Assembly (NCBI GenBank): GCA_022562395.1
Contig: JADFPI010000001.1
Span: forward strand, 1,456-65,455
DNA length: 64,000 nt
Reading direction: 5' to 3'
Origin: Patescibacteria group bacterium
Lineage (GTDB): Bacteria > Patescibacteriota > Microgenomatia > UBA8517
The notes below the pieces were generated by a model. The model did no database searches and was not told the DNA's origin. It saw only the letters and a list, made by a program, of their open reading frames with translations. A program made the translations under genes and the position numbers. Each line of letters begins with the position of its first letter. The first letter of the stretch is position 1. Below are positions 38,656 to 48,053 of this stretch, piece after piece.

Positions 38656-38769
38656 ATGAAGGTTCAATCGTCTATTAAAAAACGTTGTAAAAACTGCAAA
38701 ATTGTCAGAAGGCGTGGGGTAATTTACGTTATTTGTAATAACCCGCGCCATAAGCAAAGACAAGGATGA
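38656..38769 (+). CDS. rpmJ: 50S ribosomal protein L36 (C3H zinc ribbon)
   Basis: Manual translation gives [37 protein letters not shown]. It is below the ORF-track size cut-off. Confidence 0.9.
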   Translation: MKVQSSIKKRCKNCKIVRRRGVIYVICNNPRHKQRQG

Positions 38770-38859
38770 TATTAGAGTAGAAGAACAGGAGAGTGGGAGA
38801 GCAGGAATCAATTTTATACTCTTCCACTCTTTTACTCTCTTGCTCTAAGCAAAGCGAAT

Positions 38860-39264
38860 ATGGCAAGAATCGCTGGAGTCGAACTAAACGATAACTTTAG
38901 GATAGATTACGCCCTAACTCAAATTAAGGGAATAGGGTGGTCATTGTCCAAGGACCTTTTGGAGAAATTGAAGATAGACGAATCAAAAAGAGTTTCTGAG
39001 CTCACATCAGAGGAACGTGCAAATATTGCCAGTAAAGTTGAGGAGCAGACAATTGAGGGAGAGCTGGCCAGGATAGTTAGGGGGAATATTTCGAGACTGC
39101 AGGCAATCGGTTCATATAGAGGATTAAGACATTCTAGGGGCTTGCCGGTAAGGGGACAGAGAACTCGAACAAACGCTAGAACCAAAAGAGGTAAAAGAAG
39201 AACAGTCGGTGCTTTCAAAAAAGAAGCACTTGTAAAAATGAAACAAACAAAAGAGGTAAAATAA
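38860..39264 (+). CDS. rpsM: 30S ribosomal protein S13
   Basis: Family match. Confidence 0.95.
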   Translation: MARIAGVELNDNFRIDYALTQIKGIGWSLSKDLLEKLKIDESKRVSELTSEERANIASKVEEQTIEGELARIVRGNISRLQAIGSYRGLRHSRGLPVRGQRTRTNARTKRGKRRTVGAFKKEALVKMKQTKEVK

Positions 39265-39265
39265 T

Positions 39266-39631
39266 ATGGCTGCTAAAAAAAAGACAAAGAAGGGACGAGC
39301 CTATATTTCGGCGTCATTTAACAATACTTTGGTGACAATTACCGATACTGAAGGAAATACTTTGACGTGGGGCTCAGCCGGTGCAGGTGGATTTAAAGGA
39401 ACAAGAAAATCTACCCCTTATGCTGCCACGAGCGCCGTCGATAAAGTAATTAGGCGTGCAAAGGACGAGCATGGGGTAGAAGAAGTTGAGATTTACATAA
39501 AGGGGCCGGGTCCGGGAAGAGACGCTGCTTTGAGAGCAATAAAAGGTTCGGGAGTTAAGATTTCAATGATTGCGGATGTTACTCCGATACCGTTCAATGG
39601 CCCAAGACAGAAGAAGAAAAGGAGAGTATAG
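39266..39631 (+). CDS. rpsK: 30S ribosomal protein S11
   Basis: Family match. Confidence 0.95.
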   Translation: MAAKKKTKKGRAYISASFNNTLVTITDTEGNTLTWGSAGAGGFKGTRKSTPYAATSAVDKVIRRAKDEHGVEEVEIYIKGPGPGRDAALRAIKGSGVKISMIADVTPIPFNGPRQKKKRRV

Positions 39632-39720
39632 GTTTAATGTTCAATTATCAATTATCAATTATTAAACAACACAAGGGAATTAATCTTTTTGGAAATTGGA
39701 AATTGGAAATTGGAAATTGG
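39632..39720. repeat. Tandem heptamers (CAATTAT)x3, then (GGAAATT)x4, between rpsK and rpsD
   Basis: caattatcaattatcaattat at 39643-39663. ggaaattggaaattggaaattggaaattgg at 39691-39720. Confidence 0.8.
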
Positions 39721-39736
39721 AGCGAAGGCGACTAAT

Positions 39737-40336
39737 ATGGCTAGATACACTGGACCAAAAGATAGACTGTCAAGACGCGAGGGTTTTGACCTTTTTGGCA
39801 AAGGGGCAAAACTGACTCGCTTAACCGTTCCGCCCGGGGTTCACGGACCAAAAGGTACCAGAAGGCGTTCGGAATATGGAAGGCAGTTGAGAGAAAAACA
39901 AAAAGCAAAAAGATTTTATGGGTTGATGGAGAGGCAGTTTAGAAGATACGTAAGTCAGGCCTTAAAAGCAAAAGGAAACACAGGGGAGAAGCTTATGAAT
40001 CTTTTAGAAAAAAGGCTAGACAACATTGTTTATAGACTTGGTTTTGCTCCGACAAGGCCTGCGGCAAGACAACTTGTGTCACACAAACACGTTTTGGTAG
40101 ATGGAAAGAAAGTAAATATACCTTCCTGTCAGGTCAAACCAGGACAGATAATAAGTTTAACTAAAACCGCTATGGAGATGCCGACTGTTAAGAAGCTTTT
40201 GAGTATTAAGAACCCAAAGGTGCCGGAATGGCTCGAAAGAAAAGCAGCTGTCGGGAAAGTTAAAAGAGAGCCTAAAAGAGAAGACATAATTGAGCCGATT
40301 GTAGAACAGGATATAGTAGAATTCTACTCTCGTTAA
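39737..40336 (+). CDS. rpsD: 30S ribosomal protein S4
   Basis: Starts MARYTGPKDRLSRREG. Track ORF 39689 begins inside the GGAAATT repeat and is rejected. Confidence 0.93.
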   Translation: MARYTGPKDRLSRREGFDLFGKGAKLTRLTVPPGVHGPKGTRRRSEYGRQLREKQKAKRFYGLMERQFRRYVSQALKAKGNTGEKLMNLLEKRLDNIVYRLGFAPTRPAARQLVSHKHVLVDGKKVNIPSCQVKPGQIISLTKTAMEMPTVKKLLSIKNPKVPEWLERKAAVGKVKREPKREDIIEPIVEQDIVEFYSR

Positions 40337-40466
40337 AAGTAGAAAATAACCAATTTCTAATTTCTAAACAATTTAAAAATGAAAAAATGTTTGAATGAAA
40401 TAAAAGTTGAAATTTCGAATTTTGAGATTAATTATTGTTTGGGATTTGAGTATTGTTATTTAGTAT

Positions 40467-40497
40467 TTCCCCGCCCAAATATGGAAATTTTTGGCGG
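40467..40497 (+). promoter_or_regulatory. Hairpin CCCCGCC-(17 nt)-GGCGGGG immediately upstream of the rpoA SD
   Basis: 7-bp GC stem. Confidence 0.35.
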
Positions 40498-40517
40498 GGC
40501 GCGGGGAGGTGAATTAT

Positions 40518-41426
40518 ATGAATGAGCCGTTATTTGAGACTAAACAAAAGAAAAAAGGTGATTATGCTAGGTTTGTGATTTCTCCCCTTGAACAAGGGTA
40601 CGGGTCCACGCTGGGAAATGCTTTAAGACGCGTTTTATTAACCAGCTTGCCGGGAGCTGCAGTAACTGGTGTAAAGATATCTGGTGTTAAACATCAGTTT
40701 TCAACTCTTTCAGGAGTTAAGGAAGACATTGTAGAGTTTTTACTTAATCTTAAAAAAGTAAGGTTTACCTATGATGGTGAAAAGAGTGTTAAAGCCTCTC
40801 TTTCGGTCAATGGCGCAGGGGACGTTAAGGCCAAGGAGATTAAGGTTCCAGCGACCGTAAAGATTGCCAACCCCGAGTTAGTACTGGCCACTCTTAGTAG
40901 AGGAGCAAAGTTAGACGCACAGATTGAAATAGAATCAGGTGCTGGATATTCGCTAGCAGAGGATAGAGAAAAACAAGGAATTGGATACATTCCTTTGGAT
41001 GCTTCATTCTCGCCCATTACCAGAGTCAATTATAAAATCGAAGAGACTCGTGTCGGAAGGTTGACAAACTATGACAAATTGATTTTGGAAATTTGGACAG
41101 ACGGAACAATAGCGCCCAAAGATGCACTTATTAAAGCCGCCAAAACTTTGGTTCCTTATCTAAATCAAATAATTTCTCCTAAAAAAGTCAAGAAAAAGGA
41201 AGAGAAGAAAGATGACGGCCTTGGACAGGTCGGGAAGCTTTCGGTAGAAGAGATTGGCTTACCCACGAGAGTGGCAAACGCTTTGGTTAAAGCGGGATAT
41301 GATTCTGTTGAGGACTTGGCTAAAGCAAAGAGAGAAGATTTTGTGAAGGTGAGGAACTTAGGAGAAAAGTCAATAAAAATTATTACACTTGCTCTTAAGG
41401 AGAAAGGAGTAGATTTTAAGGAGTAA
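40518..41426 (+). CDS. rpoA: DNA-directed RNA polymerase subunit alpha
   Basis: Family match. Start chosen at MNEPLF after the SD GGGGAGGTGA. Confidence 0.93.
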   Translation: MNEPLFETKQKKKGDYARFVISPLEQGYGSTLGNALRRVLLTSLPGAAVTGVKISGVKHQFSTLSGVKEDIVEFLLNLKKVRFTYDGEKSVKASLSVNGAGDVKAKEIKVPATVKIANPELVLATLSRGAKLDAQIEIESGAGYSLAEDREKQGIGYIPLDASFSPITRVNYKIEETRVGRLTNYDKLILEIWTDGTIAPKDALIKAAKTLVPYLNQIISPKKVKKKEEKKDDGLGQVGKLSVEEIGLPTRVANALVKAGYDSVEDLAKAKREDFVKVRNLGEKSIKIITLALKEKGVDFKE

Positions 41427-41430
41427 TATT

Positions 41431-41889
41431 ATGCGGAAAAGAGTGTATGGGCGAAAACTATCAAGAGGAGGTGGGGCAAGAAAGGCACTTTTTAGGGGGC
41501 TTATTTCTGCCATTGTTGCCAATGGGAAGATAAAAACAACAAAGGCTAAGGCAAAAGCAATCCAGGGGCAAATAGACAGACTAATAAATATTTCCAAAAA
41601 GGACACTGTTTCTACAAGGAGAAAAGTCTTGGCATTACTAGGTAACGATAGAGAAACATCTCAAAAAATATTCGAATATATTTCAAAGGCTTTCCCTAAT
41701 AGGAAAAGCGGCTATACTAGGTTGATTCCACTTCCGGTAAGACGCGGAGACGCAGCAGAAATGGTCAGGATGGAGTGGGTGAAAGAGATAGAGATAAGTA
41801 AGCAGCCTAAGTCTAAGAAAGAAAAAGAAAAGATTGAAAAGTCTACAAAGAGCAAGAAGTTAAGAAGTAAAATTTTTAGGAAAAAATAG
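41431..41889 (+). CDS. rplQ: 50S ribosomal protein L17 (K/E-rich C-terminal extension)
   Basis: Family match. Confidence 0.93.
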   Translation: MRKRVYGRKLSRGGGARKALFRGLISAIVANGKIKTTKAKAKAIQGQIDRLINISKKDTVSTRRKVLALLGNDRETSQKIFEYISKAFPNRKSGYTRLIPLPVRRGDAAEMVRMEWVKEIEISKQPKSKKEKEKIEKSTKSKKLRSKIFRKK

Positions 41890-41896
41890 CTTAGAC

Positions 41897-41925
41897 TTCA
41901 ACTTAGACTAAACTCTATTTATAAT
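41897..41925 (+). promoter_or_regulatory. Promoter TTCAAC-N17-TATAAT for rplM-rpsI
   Basis: -35 at 41897-41902 and -10 at 41920-41925. Confidence 0.45.
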
Positions 41926-42045
41926 CGTTGGCAGAACACCCCGATTTAATCGGGGCTGAATGCCAAAAACGATTACAAAATTCCGAGGCAGAATTTAAAA
42001 AAAATTAGCAATGAGCCCGCCAACTCATGTAAACTTGAAAAAATA

Positions 42046-42066
42046 CCGAGGGCTAAAAGCCCTCGG
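42046..42066 (+). promoter_or_regulatory. Hairpin CCGAGGGC-taaaa-GCCCTCGG 6 nt upstream of the rplM ATG
   Basis: 8-bp GC stem, sitting where the SD would be. Confidence 0.45.
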
Positions 42067-42072
42067 AAGTTT

Positions 42073-42501
42073 ATGAAAACTTTTCAACCAAAAGCAAAAG
42101 ATATAAAAAGGCAGTGGCATCTTATTGATATAAAAGGTGCTGTGCTAGGAAGAACTGCAAGCAAAATTTCTACTCTTTTGATGGGTAAAAATAAGGTAAA
42201 TTATGCGCCCCATATGGACATGGGAGATTATGTAGTTGTTGTAAACGCAAAGGACGTTAGAGTAACGGGAAAGAAGGAAAGCCAAAAGGTATATTATAGA
42301 CATTCTGGTTACCCCGGCGGCTTTAAAGAGATTGCTTTTTCAAAATTAAAAAAAAAGCATCCCGAAAAAATAATTGAACTTGCCGTAAAAAGAATGCTTC
42401 CCACTAACAGATTAAAGGATAAAAGAATGAGCAGGCTTAAGGTTTTTGCCGATAGTAATAATCCATATAAGGATAAATTTAAAAATCCAAGCACCAAATA
42501 G
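42073..42501 (+). CDS. rplM: 50S ribosomal protein L13
   Basis: Family match. Confidence 0.95.
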   Translation: MKTFQPKAKDIKRQWHLIDIKGAVLGRTASKISTLLMGKNKVNYAPHMDMGDYVVVVNAKDVRVTGKKESQKVYYRHSGYPGGFKEIAFSKLKKKHPEKIIELAVKRMLPTNRLKDKRMSRLKVFADSNNPYKDKFKNPSTK

Positions 42502-42507
42502 CAAATA

Positions 42508-42606
42508 AATCCAAAATCCAAATGTCAAAATCCAAAATGTTTTGAACATTCGGAAATTTGAACTTAGATATTGTTTGGAAATTGGAAATTGAGAATTGGA
42601 AATTCT
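42508..42606. repeat. AAATCCAAAAT-type and GGAAATTG tandem repeats plus the 21-mer ttagatattgtttggaaattg upstream of rpsI
   Basis: ggaaattggaaattgagaattggaaattc at 42577-42605. Confidence 0.7.
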
Positions 42607-42625
42607 CGACCAAAAGGAGAGTAAA

Positions 42626-43036
42626 GTGGTGAGAAAAAAGAAGAAAAATTACACTTATAGTGTAGGCCGAAGAAGAACGGCTTCTGCTCGTGTGCGCCTT
42701 TTCAGAGGAAAAGGCGAAAATATTGTTAACGATAAGCCGTTTGGGAAATATTTTCCCGGTACTGTTAATAAAATAGCCTGGGAAAGACCTTTCAAAATAA
42801 CCGATACAGAAGGAAAGTATTATGTAACAGTGAAAGTTGTCGGCGGCGGTAAAAACGGGCAACTTGGTGCAGTGGTGCATGGGGTGGCAAGGACCTTGGC
42901 CAAAGTCGACAAGGAAAAATTCAGACATCCTCTTAAAAAAGCGGGCCTTCTAACTCGCGACGCCAGGATTCGCGAGCGCCGTAAAGTCGGCACCGGCGGT
43001 AAAGCAAGAAGAAAGAAGCAATCTCCGAAGAGGTAG
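42626..43036 (+). CDS. rpsI: 30S ribosomal protein S9
   Basis: Family match. GTG start chosen 6 nt after the SD AAGGAG; track ORF 42596 begins inside the repeat and is rejected. Confidence 0.9.
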   Translation: MVRKKKKNYTYSVGRRRTASARVRLFRGKGENIVNDKPFGKYFPGTVNKIAWERPFKITDTEGKYYVTVKVVGGGKNGQLGAVVHGVARTLAKVDKEKFRHPLKKAGLLTRDARIRERRKVGTGGKARRKKQSPKR

Positions 43037-43038
43037 CG

Positions 43039-44706
43039 TTATTCCTCTATCCTCGACCAAAAGATATACACTTCGGATTCGTCGGGGCGCAAAACCCGGC
43101 GAAGGATTTCGACATCTTCTCTGTCTTTTAAATTACTTTCCGTTGCACATCCTTCTGCGTCAACAACCAGTAATCTTTTTACTTCCGGTTTTTCGAAAGC
43201 GTCGCGTGAGGGACAGCGCTGGCCGGTAAAAACGAAATTCTCATGCGTCCAGACCCCCTGTTCTCGCGCAATGGCGTCTTGGTTAAAAATCCTAGGGTCA
43301 CGGCCGGTGAAAAAGGCAATCCAAGGGTAGGGGTCGTCCGGAATATTTGTCAAAATAATTTTGTCATAGTTATCTTGCACCTCATTTAATAAAAGTGCCA
43401 ATTCTTTTGCACCAACATTTCTATAGAGGGGAAGGTGAATCTTGTTGTGGACGAAATACATGTGCAAGAAAAATATTAAGTTAAAAGTTAAAAGTAAAAA
43501 TGCAAAAATCACGACACTTTTTCCTTTTTTAGTTAAGCTGTGAAGAAACCCGATTCCGTAAGCAGCGATAATGCTTATAAATGGGAGCATGAATAAAGCT
43601 CGGTGGAGGTTGGGCGCATCTTCCGTTGTCATGGCAGCAGGAATTGGGGCAAGCAGTAGAAGCAAAAGGGGTAAAGCGCTGTTTTTTCGTTGTGCTATTG
43701 TGACTAATCCTAAGACGAAAAGTAGTGCCCCGACATAGGTCAAAAGCCCCACCCCGACTGTTTGGTAGCGGGTTGGTTTTGGAGTCGTATCTTCTAAGAA
43801 AAAATTGGAGCTGAAATATTTTGCATATTCATTAATAAAATGCCTTGCGTAAACCGAGGGTTTGTTGTGAAACAAGCGGGCGATAAATACTTTGTTTGGC
43901 CCTTCTTCAAAAGGCATTCTTGAAAGTTCATACTGTACGTCTAAATCAGAAAATATTGACACTTGAGAAAAGCGACCCCGGGCCTCTTTGTTTTGAATAA
44001 AGAGAAGAGTAATTATAAATAGTACTCCGAGTACTCCCAAAATGACTTTCTTAATTTTTGTTTTTGAAATTATTTTCCATGAATAGAGAATTATTGCCGC
44101 TATAAAGATTGGAGCTAGCACTCTTACCGTGTGATAAAAGAAATAACTTGTGGCTACAAGCGCTATTGAAGCTAGAGCATGTTTTAGTTTCTGCTCATTT
44201 AGTAATCTCAAAAAAAAGTAAAGCCCAAAAAGTGCCAGAAAAAGTGCAACTACTACTTCGCTCGTTGCCCGACTGACGGAAATGTGCCAGGGAGAAACAG
44301 CCAGTAGCGCGCCTGCTGTAACGGCTAATGGCCAATGGTTAATGTTTGACTTTTTCTTTTTAGCTAACTCCTTAACAAAAAGATAAAGGGGAATGACAGT
44401 CAGGGCTCCGAAAAGGGCAGATGGGAAACGGACGGCGAACTCGTTAGTTCCAAAAACGGCAATCGAGGGAATAGTTAAATAAAAAATTCCAGTTGGCCGG
44501 AAGTCCCCGAAGGTGTTGTAGTAAAGAGCAAATTTATTTCCGCGGTCGTCCTTTCCAGTTTTCAAAATCGAGTATGCATTCCAGCCCACCCTAACTTCGT
44601 CTGCATGAAAGCCAAAAGGAAAGGTTGAGAGGCGATAGGTTCTTAGAAAAAAGGCAAGAAGAAAAACCAGCAAAAGAATTTTTACCTGACGACTAAGCTT
44701 AAACAT
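43039..44706 (-). CDS. GT39/GT83-type (PMT/ArnT-family) integral-membrane glycosyltransferase
   Basis: About 12 TM helices, a first-loop DE motif in FHADEVRVGWNAYSIL, and a C-terminal soluble domain. Confidence 0.75.
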   Translation of the reverse strand: MFKLSRQVKILLLVFLLAFFLRTYRLSTFPFGFHADEVRVGWNAYSILKTGKDDRGNKFALYYNTFGDFRPTGIFYLTIPSIAVFGTNEFAVRFPSALFGALTVIPLYLFVKELAKKKKSNINHWPLAVTAGALLAVSPWHISVSRATSEVVVALFLALFGLYFFLRLLNEQKLKHALASIALVATSYFFYHTVRVLAPIFIAAIILYSWKIISKTKIKKVILGVLGVLFIITLLFIQNKEARGRFSQVSIFSDLDVQYELSRMPFEEGPNKVFIARLFHNKPSVYARHFINEYAKYFSSNFFLEDTTPKPTRYQTVGVGLLTYVGALLFVLGLVTIAQRKNSALPLLLLLLAPIPAAMTTEDAPNLHRALFMLPFISIIAAYGIGFLHSLTKKGKSVVIFAFLLLTFNLIFFLHMYFVHNKIHLPLYRNVGAKELALLLNEVQDNYDKIILTNIPDDPYPWIAFFTGRDPRIFNQDAIAREQGVWTHENFVFTGQRCPSRDAFEKPEVKRLLVVDAEGCATESNLKDREDVEILRRVLRPDESEVYIFWSRIEE

Positions 44707-44749
44707 TTGTCTAGGCCATTTTAATCTATTGAAAAAGTTTTTACACCTT

Positions 44750-44778
44750 TTTGACGATAAGTCTTCTGGGTGCGATAC
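44750..44778 (+). promoter_or_regulatory. Promoter TTGACG-N17-GATACT for the dockerin-enzyme operon
   Basis: -35 at 44750-44755 and -10 at 44773-44778. The GTG start of the first gene lies 11 nt downstream. Confidence 0.45.
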
Positions 44779-44788
44779 TTAAGATAAA

Positions 44789-46498
44789 GTGAGAAAGATA
44801 GCTTTACTTTTCTTCTTGACTGGCGTTTTTGCTATTGGCGCCCTACGTGCCGAGGTGGTTTATGGCGCGGGAAAGGGCTCTTTGACCAACCTTGGAGGGA
44901 TGTGGGGTTGGACTGGGACGAACGAGGCGTTTGTACCGCAGCTAGTTATGTACGCTGACGTGCCGCGTTACTACAATAATCCTGGAAAGATTGATGCAGA
45001 TATTCAGACATTCATCAAAGGACACGGCTTCAGTGGTTTCCATGTAGGAGTCGCTTGCCGCTGGTTTGATTTGAATGAGAAGGATTGTCGCAATATTTCA
45101 GGAAGTAACCCCTTGCCAGACCAGAGGACAATTGATGCCTTAAAAATGCTTATTCAAAAAACTCATGCGGCTGGTGGTATGGTCCACATTTGGATGTGGG
45201 GGGACGCAGAACGCGGGCAAAATCCTTCAGTCAGAAGCGATTGGGGCGGTCTTATGGGGAGTGTTGACAAGCGCCTTCAGGACAAAATTGCCCAGGAATT
45301 GGGGTCGCTGGACGGTTGGAGCATGGGCTACGGGTTTGACCTTGATGAATGGGTAGGGGCAAGTAAGTTAAAGCAGTGGCGGGATTATCTCCAAGGGAGA
45401 CTTCCGAAGTTTCATTTTCTCGGCGGTCGACCGGCAGGACCTAATTCTGGCACAAACCACTCGGCTTTTGTTTCTTGGAATAAGCCGATGGACTACTCAA
45501 GTTACGAACATCACCGACCAACTTACAACGTCTATGTCGCCGCGCTTAGCGCGGTCTCCGGACAGCCGGTGATGTCCGAAGATCGCTTCCGCGTCCGTAG
45601 TGGCGGTCGTTCTAAAGACTACAATTTGGACGATACACGACGAGGCCTTTGGACTTCTACACTGGCGGGGGGAGTTGCAAACATCTGGGGGTACCTGAAA
45701 GACGGCGGCTCCCATGATGCCGGCTCGGCGCCTTATCCAAATAAAAACCAGATCAAAACTTATTCGCGCTTTTTTGAGGACAGGTTTAAAAAAGATATGA
45801 GTAGGTGTGGCAGTTTAACAAGTGGAGGTGCAAGGTGTTTGAAACGTTCAAATAACCGGGATTATGTTTTTTATAGAGAGAGTACTTCGTCCATCCAGAT
45901 GGATTTATCGGGAATGAGCGGTTCACAACCTGCCGTAGCCGTTGATACTAAAAAGACATATGGCGAGATTGACCTAGGTGCATTACAAGCAAAAAACCAG
46001 ACCTGGAATGCGCCGTATTCTTCCGACTGGGCCATTGCAGTCGGAAGTTTTGGTGGTGTCGTTCCTCCACCCTCGCTCACGCCTACTCCGACCGGGCAAG
46101 TTTCACCAACTCCTCCTTCTGATGGTTGGATTTTCTGTGTAAATGAACACGGATTCTGCTCATTCTCCGGAACCAAAGAGGTTAGGTACGGTGCTAACGG
46201 TTTCTATCGCTATCTAGTTTTGTCAAACGGTACCGACTGCACTAATGCGGTTTTTGGCGATCCAATTAAGGGAGTATTTAAGCAATGCCACTACAGGGAT
46301 GTTACTACCGTTTCGCCTTCTCCTATACCTAAACAAGGGGATATTGATAATGATGGAGATGTTGATATATTCGATTACAATATCCTTATTGAAAACTTTG
46401 GCAGCACTAATTGCGGTAATGTAGCCGACATTAACGGAGACTGTAAAGTAGATATTTTTGACTACAACATATTAGTTGAAAACTTCGGTGCGACTTAG
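44789..46498 (+). CDS. secreted protein with a C-terminal dockerin-like module (N-terminal putative glycoside-hydrolase-like domain + Cys-rich beta domain)
   Basis: Signal peptide MRKIALLFFLTGVFAIGALRA. The C-terminus is GDIDNDGDVDIFDYNILIENFG...CGNVADINGDCKVDIFDYNILVENFG, two EF-hand-like Ca loops. Confidence 0.75.
   Translation: MRKIALLFFLTGVFAIGALRAEVVYGAGKGSLTNLGGMWGWTGTNEAFVPQLVMYADVPRYYNNPGKIDADIQTFIKGHGFSGFHVGVACRWFDLNEKDCRNISGSNPLPDQRTIDALKMLIQKTHAAGGMVHIWMWGDAERGQNPSVRSDWGGLMGSVDKRLQDKIAQELGSLDGWSMGYGFDLDEWVGASKLKQWRDYLQGRLPKFHFLGGRPAGPNSGTNHSAFVSWNKPMDYSSYEHHRPTYNVYVAALSAVSGQPVMSEDRFRVRSGGRSKDYNLDDTRRGLWTSTLAGGVANIWGYLKDGGSHDAGSAPYPNKNQIKTYSRFFEDRFKKDMSRCGSLTSGGARCLKRSNNRDYVFYRESTSSIQMDLSGMSGSQPAVAVDTKKTYGEIDLGALQAKNQTWNAPYSSDWAIAVGSFGGVVPPPSLTPTPTGQVSPTPPSDGWIFCVNEHGFCSFSGTKEVRYGANGFYRYLVLSNGTDCTNAVFGDPIKGVFKQCHYRDVTTVSPSPIPKQGDIDNDGDVDIFDYNILIENFGSTNCGNVADINGDCKVDIFDYNILVENFGAT
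46334..46495 (+). repeat. dockerin-like module 1 (approximate bounds)
   Basis: DxDxDGDVDIFDYNxLxENFG x2 with a CGN...GxC pair. Confidence 0.75.
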
Positions 46499-46535
46499 AG
46501 ATGAAATCTTTTAAATTTGCTACCATGTAGGTGGC

Positions 46536-48023
46536 ATGAAGAGGTATTTGTTTTTCTTTCCCCTTCCATTTTTTTTGCTTGCATTTGCTTCTTATGTTCA
46601 GGCGCAGACGATTTGCAAGGTTGGCAATGCGACGGGGAATGATACTGCCAAAATTCAGGCTGCAATTAACTCCTGTGCTGGGGGTGGTGAGGTAAAGTTA
46701 AGTTCGGGCAAAACTTATACTGCGGGGACAATTGTGCTTAAAAGCGGCGTTACGCTGAATTTAAACGGCGCGATACTTGAAACCAGTGCAAAGGAAAGTG
46801 ATTTTCAAAGCATTAGTAACGATACGACCCGGATTACATTTGTGGGAGCTGATAAGGGTACCGCCAATGTGGTCATCGTGGGGCCAGGGATGATAAAAAA
46901 ATCATCCCAATCGGATTTCGAGATTGCCTTTTTGCGTTTTGTGGGAAATACCAATCTCACGTTGAAAAATTTTGAAGTGAACTCTTTATCCGCGCCTCCA
47001 ACCGCGGGGGGATTTCACATTACGCTTGATGATAGCGACGGCGTATTGCTCGATGAGATTACTGTACGAGGCAGGCGAGGAGGGGGACAGGTGTGGGGAA
47101 ATGATGGCATTGATGTTCGCTCTCGCAATGTCACAATTAGGAATTGTGATGTGAATACGCACGATGACGGGATTGTAATTGCAACCCCAGAGAAGTACCC
47201 GAAAGGTGTAAGTAACGTTACGGTGGAAAATTGCCGTGTCTCAAGCGATTCTTCCGCTCTTAAGTTTGGGACCGGCACCCACCATGATATTAACAATGTC
47301 ACATTTGACAAGATAACGATTTACGATGGAGCGGGGATCCGTTTTTCCGTATATGATGGTGCAGAATTGAGTAATGTAATATTTTCGAATATTACATACG
47401 AATCGAATATGAATTATCTTTTTGCGTGTGGCGGGGGCGCGAGTGGCCTCGGAATCATGAAAGATTGCGCAGGCCCTGTTGATCGTGACGGCGATGGTAT
47501 TAAAGAGACAGCCGGAGGGTATATTCGTGACATTGTGTTTGAAGATTTTGACATTTTTGATATAGGTAGCAGGAATGCTCACGGTGAGGCATCGCTTAAT
47601 ACTATGGACCGCGTGACGTTTAAAAATATCCGTTTTCATTCCGGATCCGGTTCTCCGCCTCTCGCTCGCTTTCGAAATATCTGTGGGTTGTCCATTTCGA
47701 ATATTACTTACCCCCACCCTACGATTGCCAATCCGCAAAATGATCTGAATATAGAAGTAAGCGTTACGAACGTCCGCTATGACGGCGGTGCCCCCGTCTG
47801 CGGTGGTGCTCTGCCCACTTCGACTTCTACGCCCACAAAAGAGCCGTCTCCGATGCCAACCGGTGGAGATTTAGACTCCGACGGTGATGTAGATATTTTT
47901 GATTACAACGCTCTAGTTGAGAATTTTGGAGCTAGTGTCTGCGGGAATATCGCCGACATTGACGGGAACTGTAAAGTAGATATTTTTGACTACAATATTC
48001 TGGTAGAGAATTTCGGGCGATAA
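46536..48023 (+). CDS. secreted right-handed beta-helix glycoside hydrolase/lyase (GH28-like motifs) with a C-terminal dockerin-like module
   Basis: Signal peptide; GNDGIDVRSRNVTIRNCDVNTHDDGIVIA resembles the GH28 NTDG/DD motifs; ST-rich linker; dockerin. Confidence 0.7.
   Translation: MKRYLFFFPLPFFLLAFASYVQAQTICKVGNATGNDTAKIQAAINSCAGGGEVKLSSGKTYTAGTIVLKSGVTLNLNGAILETSAKESDFQSISNDTTRITFVGADKGTANVVIVGPGMIKKSSQSDFEIAFLRFVGNTNLTLKNFEVNSLSAPPTAGGFHITLDDSDGVLLDEITVRGRRGGGQVWGNDGIDVRSRNVTIRNCDVNTHDDGIVIATPEKYPKGVSNVTVENCRVSSDSSALKFGTGTHHDINNVTFDKITIYDGAGIRFSVYDGAELSNVIFSNITYESNMNYLFACGGGASGLGIMKDCAGPVDRDGDGIKETAGGYIRDIVFEDFDIFDIGSRNAHGEASLNTMDRVTFKNIRFHSGSGSPPLARFRNICGLSISNITYPHPTIANPQNDLNIEVSVTNVRYDGGAPVCGGALPTSTSTPTKEPSPMPTGGDLDSDGDVDIFDYNALVENFGASVCGNIADIDGNCKVDIFDYNILVENFGR
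47862..48020 (+). repeat. dockerin-like module 2 (approx.)
   Basis: GGDLDSDGDVDIFDYNALVENFGASVCGNIADIDGNCKVDIFDYNILVENFG. Confidence 0.75.
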
Positions 48024-48053
48024 TTAATTACTCTCACATTTTCTTCTGATAGA

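Noticed and set aside
39691-39720. GGAAATT tandem arrays considered as a CRISPR array.
   Set aside because: The unit is only 7 nt with no spacers, and no cas genes are present; these are simple tandem repeats.
39689-39736. N-terminal extensions of rpsD (MEIGNWKLEIG...) and rpsI (42596-42625) in the track.
   Set aside because: They are translations of the GGAAATT repeat arrays. The canonical N-termini start at 39737 (MARYTGPK) and about 42626 (GTG after the AAGGAG SD).
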